Notes under the pieces: model-generated
Told to the model about the DNA's origin: nothing
Databases searched by the model: none
What the model saw: only the letters and a program-made list of their open reading frames with translations
Shown: positions 11,601 to 21,631 of the stretch, one piece after another
Numbering within the stretch: position 1 is the stretch's first letter
Layout of the letters: each line of letters starts with the position of its first letter
NCBI GenBank assembly: GCA_002269645.1
Contig: NIVC01000422.1
Coordinates: forward strand, 248,001 to 312,000
Direction of reading: 5' to 3'
DNA: 64,000 nt
Source of the DNA: Macrostomum lignano
Lineage: Eukaryota
Translations under genes and position numbers: made by a program

Positions 11601-13777
11601 ATAGCTTGCGCTATCCGTGGCCCTAACGTTTGCTTCAAGACCATAGACACTGGACAATCAAAATGAGAATTTCTCTTACGATTTCCTCCCCCTTCGCTCG
11701 CTGGTTTGTTCGTTGCTTCGTTCGTTTGTTTACGTCGCTATTTTTTTCTTTTTGCGTGTACCTTCGCTCAGACAACGTCTGATCCCAGCTATTGACCAGG
11801 GTTCGTCACTAAAGGAAGCAGCCAAAATATTGCAAGTGCCTGTGTCCATTGCATACCGAATTGTGAAAGACTATCAACAGGAAGGAAGACTTGAAGCGCT
11901 TCCACGTGGAGGAAGGAAAGAAAGAAACCTCAAAATTGACGACGATATAAAAGTTTTTCTGCAAGAGAAGCTCGAGCCCAACCCGTTCTGTACCCTAAAT
12001 GAACTGCGTCGCCATCTTCGAAACGAGTTTCCACACGGTCCGGTCAAATTATTGTTACGGTCCAATAAAACGGAATGCAATTTTCCATAAAAATGTATCC
12101 TTTGCTATATTTGATTCTGGACAGCATCTACTTTCTCAATTTGATTGTCCTTTTCTCGTTTTGAATGTCCATTTGTCTATGGTCAAACAGAAAAACTGTG
12201 CGCCTTGCCTCAATCGGAAGGCATAAAGCTCTATGGCAGTCTCGTCTTGAGTGGGGACAATTCTCATTTAGAGTGAAAAAATGATAGTTTTGAAAATAAC
12301 AGGGCTTAGACGTGGGATTCAAGTCCATGTGAGTCAACCCCCAAGGCAGGGAGTGTGTAAATTAAGTAAAAGAATTTTACGTATCTGGCATTTTCGTTTA
12401 AATTTGTGTCATCCTAAAAATGTTAATCCCCTTCATCAAATGTTTGAGGCGATAATGTACGAATGAAATTTGCAAAGCTGCATGCACTAAAGAACTCCTG
12501 ACCAGATCGATAGAGCACAGCATTAAAAAACTAACACACTATTATTTTTTCAGACTGAAATTCGGCTTAACTGAGGAAAACATTCACGTAAGCAATCTGA
12601 AATACGTTAAATTAAATTTCGAACTTGTTTAGCACACGTCTATCCCGGCCCTATAAATAAAGGAATCCGTTAAGCTATCCAACCTAGTTTGCCTGGGCAA
12701 GTCCACCGAACTGATGGAAGCTTTATCAGCCGGATCTGCCGAGGCCAACCTTCGAATGAGTGCGAAGCTCGAATACCGCGATTGGCGCTTGAGAACCCCG
12801 CTTATGTGGGCAGCACTCGGCTGCTGGAAGCCAACTACCAAGCACGTCGAATGCGCTAAATTACTGCTAGAAGCCGGCGCCAACCCCAATGCGGCTGATA
12901 TGGACGGCAACACGGCCTTGCATCTGGCGGCGGCTGCCAGCAACGCAGATGTGATTCGCCTTCTGCTGGATGCCGGAGCTTCCGTCCGACGCTACAATCG
13001 TCAAGGCCAGACACCCTCTATGGTGGCGGAGAAAATTGAGACAGACAACAAAGAGATTTTGTTAATGCTGCGCGAAGCTGAACTGCTGGAACTGCGGAAC
13101 ACCTGGCTTCAGCGCAGGGAGAAGGATCCAGCTAGTAGCAGTTCCATCGAAGCGGAGACCGAGCACACAAAACGAATGATTGAGCTCGTTAGAAAAGTTC
13201 AACTCGATCAGGATCGCTTGAATGAGAAATCATATGAGGACAGTGCATCTCTGACCGATGAGTCTCCAATAGTTGAAACGAAACTAGAAAACAACGATTT
13301 CTCGTTGCTAAATTTGAATGACTTTGAACTGGAAGCTGACTGGGATAAGATTTCACCCAAAGTTGAGGATTTAACCGCCGATGACCACTACAAAAGTTAT
13401 CAGGAAGTGGTGAGGAAGGATGTCTTTAAATTTTTTTTTTTGATCTCTTAGACTCCATGAAATCTTGTATTTTCCAGACTCGCCTGAGGTACACTGAGAA
13501 TCTGGAGGATTACCTGCCGTCGCATATCAGCAATGAAAGTGTTCAAGAAGCCACCGATGAATCGTACAAATCGAAAACTTCCGACGATGTTGAATTTTCA
13601 GTGTTCAAGGATACAAGTCTGAGTCACTGCTGCTCCGAAGCTTCATTTAATTTCGCCCCGAGGTCGTTACCTTCAAACAGTCTAAGCTACCAACTGAATT
13701 TTCTATTTCAAGATGAAAAGTCGGCAGGGTCCCAGGTGTCAGCTTCGCGAGTTAGCATGGATAGTCAGTGCTTATAG
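5610..13777 (+). CDS. 6-exon TRADD-N-like plus ankyrin-repeat protein (about 959 codons; in-frame TAA at 12654 in the simplest model). Exons 5610-6697, 6791-6860, 7089-7699, 12554-12587, 12633(or 12663)-13409, 13478-13777
   Basis: The apparent stops of the ORFs at 6701 and 7703 lie inside GTAAGT donors. All five junctions are GT-AG and phase-compatible (2,0,2,0,0), and the exon sum is 2880 nt. Ankyrin motifs TALHCAA, GKTALLIAVE, TPLMWAA and GNTALHLAA are present. Confidence 0.75.
7765..8078 (-). mobile_element. tRNA-derived SINE, full-length copy A
   Basis: Minus-strand head has A-box TAGCCCAGCGG and B-box GGCTCGATTCC; collinear over about 310 bp with 29426-29752. Confidence 0.85.
8083..8245 (+). 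pseudogene. Duplicated 3' end of ankyrin exon 3 with its splice donor, carrying a TGG>TAG stop
   Basis: Copy of about 7556-7712 with 7 substitutions in about 157 nt; TAG at 8156-8158; GTAAGT donor retained. Confidence 0.9.
8255..8490 (+). mobile_element. Headless, diverged SINE body of the same family (copy D)
   Basis: gggccaacccccaaggcgcagagagtgtacatg matches the reverse complement of the copy A core. Confidence 0.7.
9272..10222 (+). pseudogene. Harbinger (HARBI1-type) DDE transposase with one nonsense codon
   Basis: Motifs GAIDCTH, GSVHDSRIF, VGDSGY, then TPY*NP (TAA 9986-9988). The same frame continues through IEQTFGILKRRF and CCKLHN to TGA at 10220-10222. Confidence 0.9.
10080..10493 (-). 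CDS. Harbinger Myb/SANT-like (NAIF1-type) DNA-binding ORF, probably C-terminally truncated
   Basis: AWEDVTSQVN, QVQKKWKNI and TGGGP match the Myb-like partner protein of Harbingers; convergent with the transposase and overlapping it. Confidence 0.85.
   Translation of the reverse strand: MSATTDYETVLLDILQRHSASILSKGQTPACRRRRANAWEDVTSQVNDHFKTNYAVDQVQKKWKNILQRVKEKTTKKTGGGPAPKMSSNDFKVLEVIGEEDHHEDRSGCERNCVAYNRSQLMLVHGLVVRVGCYQRS
11166..11325 (+). mobile_element. Second, truncated Harbinger left end
   Basis: Near-identical repeat of 9011 to about 9100, then diverging; no matching right end seen. Confidence 0.85.
11639..12184 (+). mobile_element. Tc1/mariner (IS630-Tc1)-like remnant: N-terminal HTH region only, inside imperfect 31-32-bp inverted repeats
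   Basis: SLKEAAKILQVPVSIAYRIVKDYQQEGRLEALPRGGRK and NPFCTLNEL resemble the paired-like HTH; no DDE domain. Inverted repeats at 11639-11669 and 12153-12184; no TA target duplication seen. Confidence 0.65.
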
Positions 13778-16241
13778 GAAGGGAGATCTGTTGGTTAGTT
13801 GGTTGGTTCTTGTTGTAAACTTCAGCAACATACGACGACTTGACACTCAGCTTGCACAATTATTCAGTTATAATCTCGCTAAAATACACTGTAGTAAATG
13901 CTCTTTATGGCTATAGAAAATATAAAAACCATCTATGAATAAGTTTAAAAGTACTTTTACATGTTACTTGTGGTCAAGTCAGTGAATTCCAGGGTGGACT
14001 CTACATTGAGCCACGAATGCCAAATTATTGCTCTTAATTGTATACTTTCCATGCAGCAGAATGTGACTAAGTATCCTTTTACGAGCTATCTATGTATTTT
14101 GTAGCAATTGTGAACCGTAGCTTCTGGAACTGCCTTTTCTTTAGTTTAATCAACTGTGCTGCCGTTTCCTCTGAGAAATCAATTTTTTTTACATTTGTTT
14201 CGAAACTGCTTATCTGACTATTCAGTGGTACCAGCAATTCGTGTTCGTGTTCGTATCAGCATATTCTCTTAAGCAAAATAACTGTGATATTCAGAGCTTC
14301 GGTAATTAGTAAGTAGTATCAATACTCTGATATCGGACTCAGTTAAAGGAAAGTAAACACTGACTGTACCATTTCTGCAGAAACTTTGTTAAAAATAATT
14401 AAAATTAAAAAAATCACTGGTTAGGGACAGTTAAAAATTGTATCAACAGATCATACTCAATGCTTTTCATGAAAGTGCGGATAAGATATTTTATAGCTAC
14501 AGCTGTAGGTGAGGTTATCATGCGAATCGATAAACACCAATAGTAGAAAGACTATTGCACAATCATCAGCCATCGATCGAATTGATTTTCCAAACGATAT
14601 CTCTAGCTGGTACTGTCTAAGATTATCGTTTAGTCTGCGTTTTAATAATGTTTAACAAATTGCCATTGCTTGTACTCTCGGGTCAGAGCTGTACTAACGC
14701 GAATTTTGATGGCTGCCATATCTGAGTCTACTTAATGTAGGATCTAAGGGCTGGTTAAAATTGTATTTCTAAGTGAAAGTAATGAAATTTTCGTTTGTCA
14801 TTTTGTACATCAAAAGTTATCAATCGAACCAACTGGATAGCACCCATCGGTTGGCTTCAGGTCAGTTACTTGGGTTTTGGCTCAGGAAAAACACAGGGTA
14901 TGACGTTGTCCCATGCAGTCCGCTTTTCCCAGAATTAACTCTTACCTGAGAATAACTGTCCTAAGTACGTTATTGTCTACCGACTAATTATGTACCGTAC
15001 AGGTGGAAGACCTCTATTCAGCCAACTGCATCTCCCCTAAAGGATCGGTATGAGAGAAGGAGTGGAAAGGTGGATTTGGGAAAAAGCAAGCGAGACGAAA
15101 CCATCAATTCCATAGCTAAAATATAAAATATAACTATATATAATATAACTTTGTATTTATTTCATATTCATTGGCTGTGGTTGCAAGAATTCACAACGTA
15201 GTCCAGTCCTTTAATAAACGGAGTTTTAAGTGTCTCGACTAATTTATATAGACGTACTGTTTTCAATAAAAGTGCATTTAGCTCACGAAGAAGTACTCGT
15301 ACAACGACAATTGTAAGGTCGTAGCAGACTCGTGTGTTTATGATCTCAGGTATTAAAAAGCTTAACTGACAAATAATCCCGCCTAATATTTCGGATAATT
15401 TTTGGTTTTCAAAAATGTGTTTAGATGGTCTTCAGCTGACCTTCTAATATGTCTTTGATTAGCGATTTCATATCATCACAGAGTAATGAAAATAAAGAAA
15501 ATTAATTCCATAATTTATAGCGATATTGAATGGATTACAACAATTTGCTCTACTGATTACAACAAAACTTTTTGCTTTCATTTTGTGGTGTCTCGATAGA
15601 CTAACACAGCAAAAAGTCGCGAGTAATTAGGCAAGTAAGAATTCGGCCAAACGTACGCTCCAAAAAGGAAAACAACCCCGCGCCCATATTTCACATCCAA
15701 ACATGAATTATTACGCGATCAATAAATTTGGCAACATCAAAAAAACATTAATTGTTTTACGTAAAATTTACGTTGACGCCTACTTAAGAGTAGTAAGAAA
15801 ATATCCTTATTAGCCATTTACTAAAACGGCCCTTTTAAGGGCTCTCTGTTACGACAAAACACATGTAATTTGCAGGTTGACTTTTTCTATTATTTTTTCG
15901 AATGCTAATTTGTAAATATTTCAATAACAAATATTTAGACAAATCGAAAAGAGGCGTGATGACTTACAGCTTTGTTCACATTGAATTTATGCTATTACAT
16001 GCAATATTGGTAAAAAGAAATATCTGCTTCATTTAATACGCAATTATTCATAGACTATAAATTTTTCAAAGCAACAGAAGCACACTGCTTGAGTACATAA
16101 ATATACTCTAGTATGCCATTATCAAAAAGAAGCCGTAAAGCTTTACAATAACATCTGAAACATTTATCTTTTTGTTTAATGAGGAATCACAACGCCTAGT
16201 ACGAGCTAGATCAGTATTTCAATCGGCCTCCAGCTCTCCCA

Positions 16242-19200
16242 TTAACCCAGCAGAGGCTGTCGGCTGCTAGCCACAGTCCCAGCAGCCTCTTCTACCGAAG
16301 AGGGCTGAGTGCCGGAGACTTCCGTCCATCGACCACGTCGTTGGCGTCTTCGTCTCACTGTGAAGACGGCAAAGCATGCGGCGACAATCAGAGCGACTGC
16401 AACGCCAATCGTGATGCAGACCGCCACGGCGCTGGTGAAAACATGTTCGCCTCCCGATTGACCATCGACGGATTCGTTCGCGTTAGTAACGTCGCTCCAA
16501 GCCGACATCTCTGGCGGCTCTTCGAAGGGCGGCAGGCGACTCATTGCAAGTCGATTGGAGCCGCCACGGGTGCCCAGGGCTCGGGTGCACTGCATTATCT
16601 CACAGCCATTGAAGATGTCGAGTGCCGACTGGGTGAAGCCTTCGGGACAGCGATGTGGCGGCGGAGGCGGCGGCGGAAGAGTGTGAGGGTGTGGGTTCGA
16701 CTTCAGAGACACGATATGACGTCCGGGCTCGGCCAGCGGGTTACCGGAGTTGCAGGTGAACAAACCGCCGAATGGAACTCGAGCGGCCCTGGCTGACTCG
16801 GTCATGTCCGAGCTGACGCACAAGGTGATGTCGCGGCCAATTCTGTAGGGCTTGTAGCTCGCTGGGCAAGCTTTGCCTTCGCCAGCGGGGTTGTCGACCC
16901 TTGGCGAGAAGGCGCCGCCGAACAGGGCACCAGACTGGCTCGGCAGGCTGCGGTCAGGTCGAACGGCCACCAGTACGTCTTGACGATAGTTTTTCCTTTA
17001 CGTAGAAACCTGTCAGTTTATGGTTTTTGGAATTTTATGTTTTGCTGGCCTACATGCCTTTGAATTTACTATTAAGTGTCCTGGTTTCTGTATAGTTCGT
17101 AGCTTTTAATATAAATAAACAAGCCTTACCAAAAGCGCCTTTCGAAGTCATAGCCAACGAAGCTGAACAGAAGAATCTAAAATACAAGCAACATGCAGTT
17201 TTCTAACTAATAACTCAAAAATTAGAAAAGTTGCGAAAGTACGAGTAAATAAGACTACCAAATAATTTGGTCTCAATCAGTGGCGGATCCAGGCGGATTT
17301 AAAGGGAGGGGGGGCTCATTGGACTGACTTTTTGGTTTGGGCCAAAAAAGCCTCACGTCAGCCCAAAATTACAATTCCCACCTTGCACATGCAAGTCCAG
17401 CTACGACAAAAGAGGGGTCGTAAGATGCACTTTCATATACACTTCCATGTAGTATTTTCTACATGCTGTACTTTTCAAAAGAATTGAATTCAAATCAATT
17501 TGAGAACAATTACCGGCTCGTAACCATCCGGACACGAATAACCGCCTGTGAAGTGATTGATCTGCACTGGGCTGTGCGCTTGGCCGCACAAAGGGTCCGG
17601 AAAATTGGTTCGAAACTCTTCGCAGGTCTGGTAGACGCCGCCGAAAGAGAAGTTTGTCAGCGGCGCGTCGCAGGAGCCCTCGATGTTAGCTAGCGGTTCG
17701 AAGTTTGGCGACTCCGGGTTCAGACAGCCTTTGACTGTGTTCATCTTGTAGTACCTGCGGGAATGAATTTTATTTCGCTTTTAGCTCGTAATTAGAAATG
17801 AATTACTGTATATAATTGAATCGAACTTATAGTGATGTGTTATATTAAGATGCCACACTGTAATGTAAGTTCAATTACCTTGTCACAGCGTTCTTCACAG
17901 CATTTCGAACGCCATTTACAACATGTTTTGGCAGTTCCGGAAGTGAGCGATAGTTCACTGCGCTGAACAGAAGATCGCCAAATCGATCGATGGCAACAAA
18001 ATTTTGCTTTAATTCATTTTTCCAAGTAGTCAATCTGATTTTGTTACCCACTGTTGGACCTCCGTGAGAGTTAACTGTTGTCTTTTGCACGCTTTTTAGA
18101 TAACCTTTCAGGTCGTCTTCAGTAACCACCAAGCTTGAAGACTCATTTAGTGTTGAATTGAAAAAACTGAAGCTCATGCACTGAGTGATTTTGTTGATTG
18201 TGTAGTGAGCCTCTTTAAGCAAGTCGAGCTTGAAATAGTCAAACTTCTCCAGGATTGCCCCAGCGTCCATCGATGTAATTACGTGCGTGCCAAAGTCCCG
18301 AATTAGCAGGTCTGACAGATATCTAGCAAATCAGTATAACAATTTGACATGAAATTAAATAAATAATATAATGTTAATAATGTTAGTTCACTAACGAAGG
18401 CTAAGAAAACCCATTCAATGAATATATGTTCCCTCACCTAGCACTATTCGTAAGATTCTGCTGCACCGCTTTTCCAATATCGATTAGTTGGTCTTTAAAG
18501 GTGCGGCTTAGTCGAAATTTCGGAAGCATTCGAGCTACATACATTTTATACCGTAGTTGAGTTCGACCGACTTGAGTCTTGCTGTACAATAACGTCTCCT
18601 TCACTTCCTGGAACTCCTCGCTAAACTGGCCATCGATGCCGAAGTGGCCGTCTAAGAAAGAGCCGCCGCCGCCAGCGTTGATACTGCGACTTGTTGAGCT
18701 GGTGTAGTTACTGGAGTGCTCAATCACTTTTGAGATCAGGCTCACGTGTGACTCCTTGATCGGGTAGGCCAAGACTTGAGCCGGTAGGGCGTAGAAGCCG
18801 TCAACGGAGAGGCTGCAGTCGGCAGAGAGCGACACGTCGGCGACTGGCCCCATCTCGCGGTTGCGCAAGTTGTCCCAGCCGTTGCCTGGGTGAGTCAAGA
18901 ATAATAATCGACCAATTGACTTAATTTATAAACTAGTTAGCATAGACAAAATCTAAGGTTGAAACAACAGCCGAAACCCATGAATATAAGATGCTCCTAG
19001 TCAAAATTGTGTCCCGAGTTGCTGAAATGCCTTAGTTCACTTAGTTTTTAGATAGCCTATGGCCTAAAATATAAAAGAAAACTGGGTTTTGGTTTAAGGA
19101 GAGTTGTTTAGATGTCATTGATCGATGCGAAATGCTAAGTTTCCTAGGCTCTAAGAGAATTCTTGTGTCTTAGGATAAAATACTAGCTTTAAGGGATAGT

Positions 19201-19621
19201 TCTTGTTCAAACTAGCAACATGTTCTGCTTTTTTTGCTTTTTTGAAAATTGTTGCCTCCTTAACTGTGCAAATAAGTGCAAATTTTATGTATGACTGTTT
19301 TTAGTTGTGGAAAAAAGCATTGATAGTGAAATTTTCTGAAAATTTTACGTTATTTTGAGCACTACACACTCTACTTCGCTCTCTAAATTTTATAATTTCG
19401 TTCATATCCTTCATCTAAATCCCACTCACTGTTAAGATATGTCAAGGATTGTCATTTATAAAATTCCAGAACCTACCTGGAAGAATAGGGAATCCTTTGA
19501 CGCTGTCCTTGCCAACCATCCAAGGACAGAGCAAGTTGGCCTGCATCTCGACAGTCTCATCTGAGGCCACTGCGTTGCTGAAAAGCGCAAAATTTATTAG
19601 TAGTATTAATTTTTGCCACAT
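16242..19621 (-). CDS. MPEG1: MPEG1 / perforin-2 (MACPF, P2 domain, TM helix); 7 exons at 19477-19621, 18438-18885, 17879-18322, 17514-17754, 17382-17458, 17130-17176, 16242-17009; apparently frameshifted
   Basis: Signal peptide MWQKLILLINFALFSNAVA; LPGNGWDNLRN; FGTHVITSMDAGA; GC..PESPNF..ANIEGSC; FGGVYQTC; SGALFGG; VPFGGLFTC.GNPL; TM helix followed by RRRRQRR; C-terminal RQPLLG. Confidence 0.93.
17279..17325 (+). mobile_element. Solitary hAT/MITE-like end (CAGTGGCGGATCCAG) in an MPEG1 intron
   Basis: Motif plus a following G-run resembles common invertebrate non-autonomous DNA-transposon ends; no partner end found. Confidence 0.35.
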
Positions 19622-20124
19622 TTCCAGATTAATTCACACAGTTGCTTATTTGTGATCGCTTAGTCTTCAAGTCATTATCTTTTCGACTCTGGTTTCACTA
19701 ACCTTATATCTGTTAGAAAGTTTAGTCACAGCTATTTTTACCTACGGGCTATGCTAGTATTTCAATAAACTTTTGCGTCAATTATGCCCGAGTGAATCAG
19801 CTTTCATCTATCAATGCTTGTTTACATTGAAATTTAATTGCATGTGACACGCCGAATGCACAAATTAACAATCTCTGAAAATGGTATTTGAACTTTGGCA
19901 TTGCACGATTTGTTGATAATTGTAAATGTTTACCTCTTCTTTCTTTTTGACGTCATCCTTGTGAATGACTAATCGTGTTAATTCGTTTGCAAACAGCCGG
20001 TTTCAGTAAATCTGATTGCAAGTTCAACTATCGTGCTTAGGCCGGGATGCCAGTGCGCGATATGATACAATTCTGTACGTAAATTACGACTGTAAGACTT
20101 AAGCACTGGATGAGGGGGCAGAGA

Positions 20125-20500
20125 AGCTCCTGCAGCGATAGATGCGTCTGACTCTCGTGCAACAACCCTGTGGTTCGATTCCATGCGTGGCTCGATTCCG
20201 TGCGTGGCTCGATTCATTCATTATTGAGGCTCGTGTGCCGGTAGATTGGCTTGTCGGGATTTCGCGCAATTCACAGCCATGAGGACCAACTCCCAAGGCA
20301 CAGAGAGTGTACATGCCGAACCATTAGAAAGTCAGGGCCGCTGTACACTCTGTGTGAGTGTCTGTATGAGTGCGTGCCTGCCTGAGTACAGTATTGGCGC
20401 GCTTTTATGTGCAAAGGAGTCAGCGGAATTATGGGCAGAAAGAACTGCCTTAGCACTGATTGTGGGACGATGTTGCCACAAGGCGTTCTACTGTACGGTT
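20125..20500 (+). mobile_element. Diverged SINE of the same family (copy C) with a locally triplicated B-box
   Basis: ggttcgattcc, ggctcgattcc and ggctcgattc in tandem, then the body motif ccaactcccaaggcacagagagtgtacatg. Confidence 0.7.
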
Positions 20501-21631
20501 TCGTAATTTCCATTATCAACGATTCCAAATGTATGTAATGTATTTATAAACTGTTTTCTTCTGTTTATGAATCAAAGTTAAAATGCATAGATTTTGTTTT
20601 ATCGGATTCTTCTTGGTACAAATTTAAATGCTGTTATCCATTAAGTTTATCTTGGTGAGAGTAAGACGTGTGGTGTGTGGCTAAGTTGTCGTTGTCCAAT
20701 TTCTAATATACTATTAAAAATCGCCATACTTGTACAATCGTTAAATATACTAATCATCGGATATTTCGTTACAATAAGTTTCTATTTCTCCTCCATCAAA
20801 TCGAAATTAGGCAACATTGTTTTTATCATTCTAATATATGGCTCTGAGCTCCGCCAACCAACAATAGCAGCCCAGTTCGTCTACGCGAAGTTGCTCCGTC
20901 AGAACGCTACACCACTATCACCGACCAGTCGAATAAAAATTTCCTAGATATTCTATTCTAGAAACGTCACGGTTCGTGACGCTGTGATGGCAGACTTATC
21001 ACGAAATTACTGGGACATTCACAATGGTCAAAGCGTAGAGATCATTGAGGTTGAGACTGAGACTGCTTGAATGACAAAAGATAAATAGGAAGATTATAGA
21101 AATTAACAGGGAGAGTCTTTTGTAACGTTTCATGAATAAGCACTATTCTACGAGCGTAGAACATTAAATGGACATAAATCTATGTTTTATCCCATAATTT
21201 CCCCCTAAGCTTTAAAGGACTGGGGTTCGATAACGATATTAACAACACAAACACGTTTTACGTTTTACTTTCAGAACAAAAATGAATCTATGCCATTTTT
21301 TATTTAAGAATTAGACATCTTTCAAAACAATTTTTATCGGAAAATAGAAACTTTGCGCAGATGAAAATTCTTGTATTAAAGGAAAAAATCAGCACTAAGC
21401 TGTTCCAGCGCACAAGATACTCGTACTTCTAGCTTTGAACTTTTTATAACTTTTTATAACTCCAGACAGAGGAAAGCTTCTGCACGCATGTTAAAAAACT
21501 GTCATTTAATCACGTTTAATGAGCAGTATAGTATAACATGGTACACCAAGCCAGCAATATAAAAATATACAAGTCACTTTTTAAAGTAAAGAAAGTGTTA
21601 TCAAGTCATAGGATAACTCAGACTCGTGTAA

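Noticed and set aside
13780-16240. Intergenic region between the ankyrin gene and MPEG1
   Set aside because: AT-rich, with no ORF, repeat or structure I could support.
20960-20985. Hairpin CGTCACG-GTT-CGTGACG near CTAG
   Set aside because: Isolated 7-bp stem; spacing to CTAG is atypical for a Helitron end and there is no supporting copy.
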